A DNA stretch of 64,000 nucleotides from Octopus vulgaris (lineage: Eukaryota): positions 107,694,001-107,758,000 of the forward strand of contig OX597821.1 in the NCBI GenBank assembly GCA_951406725.2. The letters run 5' to 3'. A model generated the notes under the pieces. It was not told the DNA's origin. It did no database searches and saw only the letters and a list, made by a program, of their open reading frames with translations. How positions within the stretch are numbered: the first letter of the stretch is position 1; every line of letters begins with the position of its first letter. This document shows, piece by piece, positions 40,000 to 54,451 of the stretch. Position numbers and translations under genes: made by a program.

Positions 40000-41290
40000 T
40001 AGTAGGTATTTTATCTCGAGGTTTGGTGACAACAAGTCTCTTCAAATCTTAAGAATCTATCGTGGGATTCTTGCAGAACAAAGGAGGATAAAATCCATTG
40101 ATTTTTCAACAAATGGAATTACAAATCAAAGTACCAATATTTAAGATAAGCGAAGCGTATCTACCCTGAGAATATGATTCATGAATAGTATAAAACAGGA
40201 ACTAAAAAGAGGTTAATTCAAGTATCATTGCATCTGATGACGTCATATAACAGGTACAAACAGATAGAGTTTAGACGATTTATTGATTAAATTCCATTTT
40301 GAATTGTAACTAAAAATGCAGGTATGTTGTAGCTGCACAATGAAGCTTAGTTACAAGAAATATTTCAATTCAGCAGATAAAAGTATATCAGAATAAAAGT
40401 ATAAACAAACAACTGGTAGCAATTTAGATTATGACATTTATTTTGACATGAGGGTTGATCCCAAGAGGTCAGTAGAAGATAAGTTGAAAATGATTATTGC
40501 ATATGTTGGTAGATGCCGTAACTGCTATACGGTAAGCCCGAATTATTTGTATTAGATGAAGTTGGTCATCATACGTGGGATTTGAATCTGGATGAAAAGG
40601 GGGGAAATGTGCGCATTTAGTATCTAAAGGTTGTTTGAAGAATCGATGCACAGAAGGTGTATTTACCTGCAAGCAATCGGCAGGCAACATTATTTTGGCA
40701 TCTATTCCGTCATCGGAGAAGGAATCTTATCTGAGGAAAACGTTGAGTTAATGAACACGAAGAGAGATGTAAACATGTAGCCAACTAAGATCATGTAGCT
40801 TCAGAATTCGTGAGAACTGACCACTACATGGTCACTTTCTACTAAATTGATACCATACAGTGCCATGTTTGAATCAAAGATCTGCTATAAACCTAAAGCA
40901 TATACTGGAGTAACGGAACACACATTCAAATCTGTCATTACAAGCACGACATTTGTCTGTCAGGCCTCACAGAAAATTCGCTACGCTTAGTCAAAGTTTA
41001 TATGGTTCATACCTAAGAGAAGTCCTCGCGAATTCAAAAATTAGCTGGCCTATTGTAGGTTGTGCACAACCATACAGGAACGGGAATTTAAAATCTAAGA
41101 TTCGGTGTGATCTTGGGCGAAAAATTGAGAATCTTTAGGGCAACATGCAGCGACACTTTGAACAAAAGAACGGACATACAAGCACCTTATATACACATAT
41201 TTAAGTACCTTTTATGTAAATACTCGTACAAGCCTCCTTGAATTTCGTTTTTGTTCAGAAAGAGACGTTGGTTTCGAAATGTTCAATTAA
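40000..41290 (+). mobile_element. Highly decayed Penelope-like element (3' RT, GIY-YIG and HHR remnant)
   Basis: Fragments KAYTGVTEHTFK (40895-40930), ISWPIVGCAQPYRNG and LNKRTDI (41158), then cagaaa-gagac-gttg-gtttc-GAAA-tgtt at 41256-41283. The 5' boundary is uncertain. Confidence 0.55.
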
Positions 41291-41374
41291 TAGGTTTTAC
41301 TAATATATTTTTTAATATGTGTGAGTGCGTGTCTATGTGTAGGTATGCGTATATGTACATATGTGTACATGTAC

Positions 41375-41520
41375 AGGAGTGGCTGTGTGGTAAGTAGCTT
41401 GCTTACCAACCACATTGCTCCGGGTTCAGTCTCACTGAGTGGCACCGTGTGAGTAGATTTGGTAGACGGAAACTGAAAGAAGCCCGTCGTATATATATAT
41501 ATATGCGTGTGTGTGTGTGG

Positions 41521-41556
<36 letters not shown>

Positions 41557-41692
41557 CTGTGTTTCTCTCCCCACCATCATTTGACAACTGACGTTAGTGT
41601 TTACGTCCAAGTAACATAGCGGTTCGGCAAAAGAACCGATAGAATAAGTTCTAGGATTGCAAAGGATAAGTCCTGGGGTCGATTTGTTCAAC
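41375..41692 (+). mobile_element. SINE family C
   Basis: caggagtggctgtgtggtaagtagcttgcttaccaaccac head, internal microsatellite, partial tail. Confidence 0.9.
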
Positions 41693-41699
41693 TTTGTAA

Positions 41700-41804
41700 G
41701 ATTAGTACTTATTATATCAGTCTCTTTGCCGAACCGCTAAGTTACGGGGGTAAAAAAAACCCGTCAAGCGATGGTGGGGGCACAAACATAGACACACAAA
41801 CATA

Positions 41805-41894
<90 letters not shown>

Positions 41895-42053
41895 ACGGGC
41901 TTCTTTCAGTTTTCACCTACCAAATCCACTCACAAGGCTTTGGTCGGCCCGAAGCCATAGTAGAAGACAGTTGCCCAAAGTGCCACGGAGTGGGACTGAA
42001 CCCGGAACCATGTGATTAGTAAGCAAGTTACTTACCACACAGCCACGCCTGCG
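41700..42053 (-). mobile_element. SINE family C, tail-to-tail with the previous copy
   Basis: Ends cttaccacacagccacgcctgcgc. Confidence 0.9.
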
Positions 42054-42353
42054 CAAAAATGCGCAGCAATGGCTTTTGGAGGGATGTTTTATATTTTAAT
42101 GATAATGTTTATAGTCACTGTAATGAGTTTCGAGCTTTTCGATAACCGTTTCCAAACTGAAATACGCTGGTTTTGAAGGTTTGTTTATATAGCAACGTAT
42201 TTTTCCTTACAAGTATACAAATAAAAAAATAAAAATAGGAAATAAAATATAGAAAAAATAAAAATTAAGAATATAAAAATTAATATAGAAATAAAAATAA
42301 AAAAACTGTACCAAAATCTTTTTTATGATTCTATTATATATGTATATTAATAA

Positions 42354-42396
<43 letters not shown>

Positions 42397-42593
42397 TTCG
42401 TCTTTTGTTTATTTCCGTAAACCTGCCTTCGTCTTTTGTCTATTTTCATAAAGCCTCCCGTTATATATACATATATATAAACATATATATATATATATAT
42501 AGGGAGAATTCACAAAAAGAAAACAAAAGACGAAGGCATGCTGTGTAGACAACAAACAGATGTATTAATATATTGCTCGGGCAGTGAGAAAGT

Positions 42594-42629
42594 CTTTAAC
42601 GTTTCGAGCCTGCGCTCTTCCACAGAAAG
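42594..42629 (-). ncRNA. Minimal hammerhead variant (CUGUGGA core)
   Basis: cttt-CTGTGGA-a-gagc-gcag-gctc-GAAA-cg-TT-aaag; same family as 15715. Confidence 0.6.
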
Positions 42630-42994
42630 AAACAAGGATAGAAAATAACGAAGAGAAAATAGAGAGAGGAAATAAAGAGAGAAAATAAAGAGAGAATATA
42701 TATATATATACACACGTATGTGTATGTGTATATATATATGTAAGCACATATGTATGTATGTGCGAATGCATATTGATAGGTATAGGGAGTAAATAAATAT
42801 GTTTCGAAATCAATCTGAACATGTTTTAAGAAGCGCAAAGATGTAACGTATATATCTTTAGCTTTCTGTATTCTTTTTTTTACTCCCCGTAAATTTGTTC
42901 TGTGAATATGTATAAATAGCTATATGCTTATACACGATTGTTCATCTTCTGAAGACCCTCAGTATTTGTTTCTCATTATATGTATATATATGTA

Positions 42995-43063
<69 letters not shown>

Positions 43064-43379
43064 ATACATGTTTGTATGTGAATATGTGTATATGTCCATA
43101 CACCAACCCACGCATTATACATTGGCGCATACATGCACACACACATACATACATGCACACACACATACATGCATACACACACACACACCATGAATCTTGT
43201 ATTCGATAACATATACTTGTTTTTGACATTTTGTTTTTGTTTTTATTTCCACTTCGAACGAACACTTGTACAGGTGTGACTTCTGCTCTTTCAAGTTTAA
43301 ACTTGCTTCTTATCATGCTACTGTTTCAATGTATATATATATATATATATACGCACACACACATATATCTGTTCGTATG

Positions 43380-43415
<36 letters not shown>

Positions 43416-44489
43416 GATTTATATGCATAGGTGTTTATATATATATATATATATGTGTGTATGTATGTCGCTATACATACGTATGTGCGCGTGTGTGTGT
43501 TTGTACATATACATGTGTGCTTACGTTTGTATTCACTAACACAACACCCTTACGCACAACTACACACGTATCCTTGTTTATTTATTTTAATTACCTCCCT
43601 TGTATATTTAGATCTGCTTTTTTATTTCTTCTTCCATAATGTTGTAACCTGTTACAACTTTTTTCCTCTTTTTCTATTCGATTTTTTGAGGGGAGGGGTT
43701 ATTCCACTTTATTTTTACTATTACAAGGAATTACGGTTATTTTTATTACCGTTCGTACAGTTAAGATTGTGAACAGTAAAATATTAAGAGTATACCGGAT
43801 ACAAACACCTTGGAGTATTTCTCTTTCGGTACTATTGAATTCTTTATTCGTGTTCGAACCACATCAAGTTCTGCACTTGTTGGGGGGCATTTTGTAAATT
43901 ATATGAAATCATTTCCTATCGATTACTGAGATCGATGTAAATCAAGCTAAACGTGGATTTGTTGAAAATGTAACTTAACGCTCAAGCCAGAGACCATAAA
44001 AGAATTCGTAAAATATTCGCAGTAAAATTCTATCTGTATCGGTTCCGGCTTTATTATTCGAAACTATTTGTATACTCAAGTGGAGCCTTATAACCTTTGG
44101 ATGCTTAAGAACAAATGTTTTCATACATTTCTTATTTGCATATACCACTAACTCCCATACGTCCCATACACCATTCACATTACAGATCTATATCTATCCT
44201 AATTACACCAAATCCAGAACTACTTACCTCCCTTACACATAATCTTTTTACTCAAGGACTAGTAGACACGACACCGTTCAGTAATTGGTGTGCATTCAAA
44301 GTAATGATTAGTAATTTTACGAAACCGGTATGCTTTTGAATCTCTTTAACAATTCCCAATAATCACTTTTATTACTTTTATCCCTACCTTAGTTCAATTA
44401 TTGTATATCTATCGTTACCTTTCATAAAAAGCCTTTACTTTTTTGATTTCTAATGTGCATTTTCACTTATTTTTCTTCTACTTCTCCCC

Positions 44490-44535
<46 letters not shown>

Positions 44536-44539
<4 letters not shown>

Positions 44540-45553
44540 GTCATCCCATAAGTTCTGTCCGATTTAACCTTTTTAAAAATTAAATGAGATTTAATAGTAA
44601 TTTAGAAAGTCTAATGGAATTAAAAGTTATTTTTATGCATTTCTGTAAATTTAAACTAATTAAATATTATTTTACAGAATAATAAAATAAAAATTTCTAA
44701 CATGGAAGTATCCAAAGAGCATTTGAAGCACATAAAGCTTTATGAGTACAAAAAAGGAAACTCTGCAGCCGAAGCGACTCGAAACATACACTCAGTTTAT
44801 GGGAAAGAATGCTTGAATGAAAGAACTTGCAGAAGATGGTTTGCAAAATTCAGAAATGCAGATTTCAACCTCGAAGATGAAGATCGAACAGGACGTCCAG
44901 TTGAGTTTGATGATAAGCTCCTCGAGGCATTACTTGAAGAAAATCCTGCATTATCAGTTGAACTCAACTTGATTTCGAGCCGGGTCGTCTGCTGCTGGAG
45001 AGGACCGATCAAGTAAAGGACCTGGGTATCTTGGTGGACTCCTCCTTTTCGCCTTCGGCCCAGTGCGTCCATGCTGCCAACAAAGCGCGCGGAATTCTGT
45101 TTTTGATTCGACGGTCATTCGGAATGCTCACAGCAGCCATATTCCTGCCACTCTATGTCACGCTGGTGAGACCCATATTGGAGTATGGGATTCAAGCCTC
45201 TTCTCCTTATCTCCTTAAAGACATACAGCACCTCGAAAGAGTCCAGAGGCTGGCTCCCCGCATGGTTCATGGTCTCAAAAATTTGTCCTACGAAGAAAGG
45301 CTGAGGACGCTCGACCTTTGTTCTCTTGAAAAACGCCGCCGCCGTGGTGATCTCATTCTCGCCCACAACATCATAAGCGGGAAGTGTAATCTCTCGAAAG
45401 AGCTGTTCTTCACTCCTGCACCGAAGATGCCGACGACCGCTTTGTTCAAAGCCTCCCTGGACCTCAAGTGGCCTGAACTCTTTACATGAACACCACCCTG
45501 TACTTAACTCCATGTCCCCCTACATGGCCTTGCTATTTGCTTTTGAGCCAAAT

Positions 45554-45592
<39 letters not shown>

Positions 45593-46424
45593 TTGGCAAT
45601 AAAGCTTACTTCAAACCATACAACTGTTCGTCGTCATCTTCAACAACATGGAAAGATTCCTAAATTTGGAAAATGGGTGCCTCATGAATTGTTCGAAAGC
45701 AACCACAAATCCCGAGTTGACATCTGCTCTTCACTCCATTCTCACGAGTTAATTTCACCCTTTTTGGATAGACTTGTGACTGGTGGCGAAAATGGATCTT
45801 CTATTGAAATGTTAAACATCGTAAACAGTGGCTTGGTAAAAGGGGTAAAGCTCAACCACAACCGATAAGGGAACTTCATGGAGAAAAGGTTCTTCTCTCT
45901 ATCTGGTGCTATTGCAAAGAGTAATTCCCTTTGAATTGTTACCACCTAATGCAACAATCAATGCTCAAGTCTACTGTCAGCAATTAGAGCGTTCGAGCCA
46001 AGCTTTGAAGAATAAAAGAGCCGCTTTAGTGAATCGAAAAGGAGTGAAGTTTCATCAGGACAATGCGCGACCCCACACTGCAAAGATCACATCACGGAAG
46101 ATCGAAGAGCTTAGTTGGGAAAAATTCCTCATCCACATTATTCTCTAGACCTTGCTCCTTCAGACTACCATTTGTTTCGTAGTTTACAGAATCATTTGGG
46201 GGACATAACTTTCGCAAACCAGGAGGAGGTCGAAACTGACATTTCAGAGTTCTTCGCTTTGAAACCAAAATAGTTTTACATTGATGGGATTAAAAAGCTT
46301 GTAAATATATGGAAGGAAGTCATAAATAATCAGGGAAAGTACATTGATGATTAAATTTCAACTAAATATAACATTTGATCACTTGTTTTCTTTATTCAAA
46401 ATTCGGACAGAACTTATTGGATGA

Positions 46425-46429
<5 letters not shown>
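44536..46429 (+). mobile_element. Full-length mariner (DD34D) transposon, pseudogenised and interrupted by a LINE
   Basis: TIRs tcaggtcatcccataagttctgtccga / tcggacagaacttattggatgatctga with TA flanks. HTH N-terminus at 44702 (..RRWFAKFRNADFNLEDEDRTGRP); WVPHEL, VTGGEK, FHQDNARPHT and YSLDLAPSDYHLF motifs across frameshifts. Confidence 0.95.
44963..45590 (+). mobile_element. CR1-clade LINE 3' fragment with (TAAC)n tail, nested in the mariner
   Basis: KDLGILVD..LYVTLVRPILEYG..LERVQRLA..SYEERLRTLDL.SLEKRRRRGDLI. The mariner reading ..ALSVE / LAIKL.. resumes after the tail. Confidence 0.92.
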
Positions 46430-46486
<57 letters not shown>

Positions 46487-46597
46487 ATGTGTGTGTGTGT
46501 ATGTGTGTGTGTGTGTGTGTGTGTGTTTGTGTGTGTGTGTATGTGTATATATGTATGTGTATATGTATATATATATATATATATGTATGTACGTATG

Positions 46598-46692
<95 letters not shown>

Positions 46693-47091
46693 ATGTGTAT
46701 GCATGTATATAGTTTTAACGTGACATAATTGCCTCAGATTTCTGATAATTATAACCGCACCCTGTAAAAGAGCAAATCGAGGTTCGCCTCTCCCTACACC
46801 ACTGCACCCCACCCGCAACACCGCTCTCATGCCACGAGACAAAAAAGAAATTAAATTAATAATACAGCACCTGACAATTTCAAAACTCTTTTAACAGGTG
46901 CATTTAATGGCAGACTGTCTCTCGTTTCTTCATGGTGCCAGAAAGCCTTCGTCCGTTCGCTGTTATTGTTCTTGTTGCAAATGGCTGTTGTAGCTTTTGT
47001 TGTTGTTGTTATAGTTGTTTTTGCTATTGTTCCTGTTGGTGCTGTTGTTGTTTGATTATTGCCTTGCACGAAACTTTCAAACAATTATTAT

Positions 47092-47092
47092 G

Positions 47093-47178
<86 letters not shown>

Positions 47179-47281
47179 TATCATCATCATTATCATCATC
47201 ATCACCACCACCACCACCACCACCACCACCACCACCACCACCACCACCACCACCACCACCACCGCCGCCACCACCACCACC

Positions 47282-47367
<86 letters not shown>

Positions 47368-47374
47368 TATTATT
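47092..47374. repeat. Compound (CAT)n-(CAC)n-(CAT)n microsatellite
   Basis: Directly visible. Confidence 0.97.
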
Positions 47375-47965
47375 GCCTTTGCACAGGTTCTAATGCTGGA
47401 GATGTACTACGTTGTCAGCTGTTCACTACCACTTAACTAAAGTAACACCTCTTATTTTTCGAGCACCTTCCGAAGTATTCGAGCGGTTCCAAGCAGTGCT
47501 GCTTTCTGCAAGTGCTCCACCCTTATTGCAGCCCCTATTTGTTCCATATAGGTCTCACGATTTCTGCTCACTGTTCTCAGGGCACCGACAATTATTCATA
47601 CTACTGCTACCTTTTTCATCGACCACAACTGCTTAACTTCCCAAGCTAACCTGTCATATCTCTCAACATTTCTTCCTTATCGCATACCTTGCTGTCAGCT
47701 GGGCATACTATATCTATGATCCAGCATAGTTTGTTTTCTTTCTGAATTAAGACTATGTCTGGCTTCCTATTCTCTATCTTATGGTCGCACTGAATCATAA
47801 AATCCCATACGATCTTTGCATTTCTATTTTTGATGATGCCTTCAGGTTTATGGTCGTACCAACTTTTTTGGTGTCAAGTCCATACATTTTGCAAATTGTC
47901 CAATGAACAAGCCTGGTTATATTGTCGTGGCATCTCTTATGTTCCTTCTGGGCAAGTGGCGTACA
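47375..47965 (-). mobile_element. Non-LTR retrotransposon 3' end with restriction-like endonuclease (R4/Dong-like)
   Basis: Minus translation CTPLAQKEHKRCHDNI..HW..WYDHKP..IVWDFMIQCDHKIENRKPDIVLI..IIDIVCPAD..YDRLAWEVKQLW..IIVGAL..LQKAALLGTARILRKVL; stop at 47452-47454; two apparent frameshifts. Confidence 0.85.
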
Positions 47966-48667
47966 TTGGCTTATTAGTAGTAGTAGTTTCTTTTTTAAAG
48001 TTTATGCTTATTCTTCATCCTTGTTATTTTATTTTATTTTTTATTTCATTTTTTATAACCATATTTACAACCCCATCCCATGTAAACCTGTATTTTATTT
48101 TATTTTTTCCTTGGTTCCTTTGCCTTCTCTTTTACCTATACCTCTCTTACAGTCACTCTTTGATATTTTTTCCTTCATTCCTTGTCTTATCCATGTCTCC
48201 TGTCTTTCTTCTTTCATCCAACCCAACCATCTTTCTCATTTCATTATTTAATCCGACAACACCACCATCAACAACAACAAAAGCTGTAGTGAATGGCCCT
48301 TGATCGCTTCCTCGAACGTAAAACCCGAAATTCGCCTTGTTTATGAGAGGGTACGTCCTTTAAGACAAAAGAGTACAAAGCCTTTTGATTGACCACACTT
48401 CGATCTTTAACAAGCACAAGCACCGCATGTTATCCGAGTCCAATGAGATGTGAACAGATTTTAAGCAGTCGAAATATTTGCAAAGAGCCCTGGATTAAGA
48501 GTTGCACTTTTAAAGCTAATCTGGATTATCTATCTCGACACTTAATCACAGACATGAAGTGCTACAGTATCTAAAGGGATACTTAGCAATGTCAATCGAA
48601 TCCAATAGGTAGCAATTTAGTTCTGTCATTGAACAAATGGTGCTGGACATCACATTGAACCAAAATA

Positions 48668-49231
48668 TTGGGTTATCCGGAAAGTTCGTGCCGATTTATA
48701 GTAGCTTACCTTTCGATTATTTTAGAACATGATTGAGTCCATAAAATAGGATTTGACTACACCTACATTTAGAACACAGTTTGAGCTATCTTTTCGTGAA
48801 AGAAGGTTTATGTTCCTATAACCTGTGTTAATTCTGTAACCCTTTAAAATGGTAGATAAGTAAGTTCTTTTTCGGCACTTGATGCTTTGGAAACCCGACA
48901 AAAATTGCTGTAGCTCGGCTGGGATGTGTTACTCCACCCCCCATATTCACCAGATATTGCTCCTTCGGATTTCCACTTATTCAAGTCTCTGCAGAATAGT
49001 CTTAATGGTAAAAATTTCAATTCCTTGGATGATGTAAAAAGATACCTTGATGAATTCTTTGCCATGAAACCACCTCAATTCTGGGGAGAGGGTATTTTCA
49101 AGTTAAAGGGAAGATGGAGACTCCTTGTGCAACAAAATGGTTCATATTTGGTTGATTAAAATGTAATGGCAAGTATTTATTGACCTTTTTCTTTCCTTTA
49201 AAAATCGGCATGAACTTTCCGGACAACCCAA
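48668..49231 (+). mobile_element. Non-autonomous mariner deletion derivative
   Basis: TIRs ttgggttatccggaaagttcgtgccgattt / aaatcggcatgaactttccggacaacccaa with TA flanks; retains HPPYSPDIAPSDFHLF..RW..VQQNGSY. Confidence 0.95.
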
Positions 49232-49842
49232 TAAGAAGGAGAGGACATGCTCAGTAGCTGAATACTGGGTGAGCTACTTCGATGGGAGGGTCCGTATTAA
49301 GAGCTTTATTACTATGATAAAAATATCTCGGCATGTGTCTGTTACGACTGACCGGAGGCTGCCGCTATTGCACGTTATGTGAACTGAAAAGTTGGAAAAG
49401 GGAATACAGAGTAAGATAACTTTGTATGGACCTCGTATTTATACAAATCTTTATATATTCATACTCAAAAATTCATCATCTGAATGTCTCCACCTTGTAC
49501 TTTCTCTCGTTTTGTATGTATACATATGTACATATTTTGTATTTGATGCATTTTATGCATTTAATATATGTGATGTATGTAATTTGTTTATCTGCGTAAT
49601 TACCTCTATACCCGTTCAATTTGATCGCTCTTACAGCCATTCTTTACCTTTCAGAATTGTTCCTCTGTAAAGACATTGGAATCTAAGTTTAAATCTTTTG
49701 AGTACTACTGAGTGTCTTCTAGACGGAGAATCTCTGGATCTTATCTGTAGACTCTATACATTCATTACTATACACAAATGGCGGATCTAAATTTTCACTT
49801 ATTGTTATACATGACATATATGTAGTATAAAATATATTGTAT

Positions 49843-50061
49843 TCGAGAAGGTACTGAAAAGTTCCTGGTTTCAAGGGTTTCGTGTAAGGCTTGGCTGGAG
49901 GCCCAACCTTCCGACTTATTTTACAGAGCATACAAAAACTGAAGGGCCGCTGGAATGATTGTGTGAATCTGAGAAGAGGAATATGTTGAATAAGATAATA
50001 ATTAATTGATCCTCCTGTATATTCCTTCACTCAAAGCCAGGAACTTTTAAGCACACCTCAT
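49843..50061 (+). mobile_element. Mariner-derived MITE of about 220 bp
   Basis: Imperfect TIRs of about 26 bp (gag..ggtactgaaaagttcctgg / ccaggaacttttaagcacacctc); residual IQKLKGRWNDCVNLR..YVE* transposase C-terminus. Confidence 0.75.
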
Positions 50062-51085
50062 GTACTATAATACACACACACACACACGCACACACACACA
50101 CACACACAGATATGCATATGTGTGTGCGTATAATCGTTTTTATGTGTACACACGAAGCGTAAGATATGCATATGACCAAGCAATTTTGGTGTATTTGCTA
50201 TCATACAACAGCTCAGATATAATAAAGCATGCATACATACATACACACGCTCAATACACACACACACACACACACTCATACATACATACATACATACATA
50301 CACACACTCACACATTCATACATACATACACACACACCCATACATACACACACATACACACACACACACACTCATACATACACACGTACATACACACACA
50401 CACTCATTCATACATACATACATACATACACACATACATACATACATACATACATACATACATACATACATACATACATACATACATACATACATACATA
50501 CACGAACACATGATCTTAACATAGATACAGACCCAATGGAAAACAAGACCCAAACATTAATGTGCGGGTTTAAATACATTTTTAATTAATTTTTAAAATA
50601 ATTTTTCATCTTAATTTTTACAATTTCCAATTTTGGCGCCTCAGATTTTTGCGCTTAGTCTCTCTGGAACGCATAACAATGATTGCTTTTTATTAATTAA
50701 ATAATTAACGAATTAAATTTGTTTCAATTTTCAAGAGACGCCAGTAAAACAAAGAACTATGAACATGCCATGAGAATTGACCGTGCTGTGGACTAGCTCA
50801 ATTCATAACGTCGCACATTGGGTTCGATTCCACTGTAGTGCTTTCGGTCATGTCTGCTACTGGTATTCCAAGTCGTGTGAGTTGATAAGTTATGCGTTGA
50901 GTTAGACAATTTCATACAAGGCGCTGGCATGGCTCTGTATAATTCAGAAGCTCATTTTACAAAGTACGTGATGCAAAGTACATTTTACAAAGTACGAGAT
51001 TCAAACTATGCAGTTTCACTGCGCATTTCCACGGGCAAGTGACTTCTGCTGTTGTCCTGAGCCATCCAGCATCTTGTGAGTGGTA

Positions 51086-51451
51086 AGGCGGCGAGCTGGC
51101 AGAAACGTTAGCACGCCGGGCGAAATGCGTAGCCGTATTTCATCTGCCGTTATATTCTGAGTTCAAATTCCGCCGAGGTCGACTTTGCCTTTCATCCTTT
51201 CGGGGTCGATTAAAGAAGTACCAGTTACGCACTGGGGTCGATATAATCGACTTAATCCGTTTGTCTGTCCTTGTTTGTCCCCTCTCTGTTTAGCCCATTG
51301 TGGGCAGTAAAGAAATAGGTATTTCATCTGTCTTTACGTTCGGAGTTCAAATTCCACCGAGATTGACTTTGCATTTCATCCTTTCGGGGTCGATAAGTTA
51401 AGTACCAGTTGCGTATTGGGGTCAATCCAATTGACTAGCCCCCTCCCCCTT
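51086..51451 (+). mobile_element. Meta-domain SINE plus a second partial unit, inserted in an older SINE remnant
   Basis: ggcggcgagctggcagaaacgttagcacgccgggcgaaatg...; second unit starts at about 51318. Confidence 0.9.
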
Positions 51452-51668
51452 AGAAAAGAATATGTTGTGAATGGTTATGGGAAATAGTGACTGATTAAAC
51501 CTGTCGAGTCCGAGTACATGAGGAAATGAACGCACGAACATGATGCACCCGATGTCCATGGAAACTACTGCGGTCATCCTAGGAATACGGACATGTGGTT
51601 TGTGGAAATTCGCCTAGCGATGCATTAAAATATTCATAAATTCCAACCATGGATTATTATTATTATTA

Positions 51669-51707
<39 letters not shown>

Positions 51708-51789
51708 TACACATGCGACGCGCTTCTTTCAGTTTCCGTCTACCAAATTCACTTACAAGCATTTGGTCGGCCCGAGTCTGTAGTAGTAG

Positions 51790-51820
<31 letters not shown>

Positions 51821-52424
51821 TAAACTTGTGCTTGGAAAGCAAGAATTGCTGTTGTGTTTATTGTTGTTGGTGTTGTTGTTGTGAGTGGAGGTTCGGGTGC
51901 CTGGTCTGACTTTCTAAAATCGCTTTTTATTCTTGTGCTTGTTGTTTATGCCTAATTACCCACGCACCCTCTTCTGTTTGTTTGTAGTTTTTTTTTGTTG
52001 TTGTTTTTTTTTTTTTGGTATATCAGTGACAGGAATTAATAGAAAAAACAACAAAATAGAAAAAAACAACAGTATCGAAAAAAACTAAATGAATAAATAA
52101 ATAAACATATAAATATATAAATAAATAAATAAATGTATGCGAAATGCTTGCGCTGCGCGCCACAAAGTTTTTATCTGTTGCACGTGCAAAAGTGAAAAAG
52201 CAAAATGAAAGAACATGCCTACACACACACACACACACCAAACAACAATAACAACAACAACAACAACAGCTATAACGTATTCATGTGAGTTGCACCAATG
52301 TGCACCGAACAAAGCTTGGTTATTTTTTTTACTTTCGTCTCACTAACATAAAAACAACAGCAACAGCAAAATCATCATCATCAACAACAACAACAACAAT
52401 ACTAACAACAATAAGAGCAGCACC

Positions 52425-52716
52425 AAGAAGAAGAAGAAGAAGAAGAAGAAGAAGAAGAAGAAGAAGAAGAAGAAGAAGAAGAAGAAGAAGAAGAAGAAGA
52501 AGAAGAAGAAGAAGAAGAAGAAGAAGAGAAGAAGAAGAAGAAGAAGAAGAAGAAGAAGAAGAAGAAGAAGAAGAAGAAGAAGAAGAAGAAGAAAAAGAAG
52601 AAGCAGAAGCAGAAGAAGGAGATGAAGAAGAAGAAGAAGAAGAAGAAGAAGAAGAAGAAGAAGAAGAAGAAGAAGAAGAAGAAGAAGAAGAAGAAGAAGA
52701 AGAAGAAGAAGAAGAA
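52425..52716. repeat. (GAA)n tract of about 290 bp
   Basis: Directly visible; explains the poly-R/poly-E ORF. Confidence 0.97.
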
Positions 52717-52966
52717 GGGAAAAGAAAGAAAAGGAAGAGTTCTTGCCTTTCTTTAGAAACGAGAAAATGTTTCGTTTCGAATTTCAAACACAATTACAAT
52801 AAGGTCTGCTGCATTATTGTGTGCACACGGGTATGTGTGTGTGTGTGTGTGTGCGTGTGTGTGCATTTGTGTGTATGTGTATATGTAAGTATGCATGTAA
52901 ATATATATGCATATACATTTATGTATGTCTATCTTTTTTTCAATACATTTTTCTGTCTGTCTATAT

Positions 52967-53030
<64 letters not shown>

Positions 53031-53110
53031 ATCTATCTATTTATCTGTCTGTCTGTCTGTCTGTATGTATGTCTGTTTGTCTGTCTGTATGTATATATGA
53101 ATGTATGTTT

Positions 53111-53150
<40 letters not shown>

Positions 53151-53475
53151 CTATCTTTCTGTCTGTCTGTCTGTCTGTTGATCTATCTACGTACCTCTAT
53201 GTGTGTGTGTGTGCGTGCACGTTTGTATTTATATATACGTATGTACATATACATGCAAGCATATTTGTATATATGTAAGGTGTATCTGTATGTATGCATA
53301 TATGTATGTATATGATTGTGTGCATTTATGTCTATGTAGGCGTGAATTTAGGTATACATCTGCTAATGCATATGTGTGTGTATATATGTATATAAACATT
53401 GACTGTAGAAGCATATATGAATATGTATGCATCAACAGGTAGAGATCGATGCACACTGATAGCTAGAACAGTTCG

Positions 53476-53519
<44 letters not shown>

Positions 53520-53667
53520 ATGCGAGAGAGAGAGAAAGAAAGACAGACGGACAGACACACAGAAAAAAGGAGAATGTTTGTAGACAGGATCTTATATAGC
53601 TGTGTATCAAATGCGATAATGAGAAAACGATGGTAGGTGGATGATATAGGCAGACAGATAGACAGAC

Positions 53668-53729
<62 letters not shown>

Positions 53730-53820
53730 GACAGACAGACGGACAGACGGGCATACAGACAGACAGGCAGGCAGATTGACAGACAAAAAAACAGACAGAC
53801 GAACAGTCAGACAGATAAAC

Positions 53821-53859
<39 letters not shown>

Positions 53860-53884
53860 TACACACACACACATGTATATATAT

Positions 53885-53901
53885 ATAAATGCATGTGCGT
53901 G

Positions 53902-53935
<34 letters not shown>

Positions 53936-54075
53936 TAACTGCATGTGTGTGTATATATCTAAATATATATATATATAAATGCATGTGTGTGTATATATCT
54001 AAATATATATATATATAACTGCATGTGTGTGTATATATCTAAATATATATATATATATAAATGCATGTGTGTGTG
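53885..54075. repeat. Minisatellite of about 39 bp built from microsatellite pieces
   Basis: tgcatgtgtgtgtatatatctaaatatatatatatataa repeated 4-5 times. Confidence 0.8.
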
Positions 54076-54137
54076 TATATATATATATATATATGTGTAT
54101 TTATATATGTGTGTATATATGTATGTGATTATATTAT

Positions 54138-54250
<113 letters not shown>

Positions 54251-54405
54251 TCGATACATGGATAGATAGACAGACAGGTAGATAGAGAGGGAGAGAAAGA
54301 AAGAGAAAGATTAATATTGAAATATAGACAGAGAAACAGACAAATAGATAGACAGATATATATATAGATATAGTTAGATAGACAGACACAGAGACAGGGA
54401 AAGAA

Positions 54406-54451
<46 letters not shown>

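Noticed and set aside
40234-40245. CTGATGA heptamer; also CTGAAGA at about 2400, 26471, 42948 and 59433
   Set aside because: No appropriately placed GAAA with paired stems.
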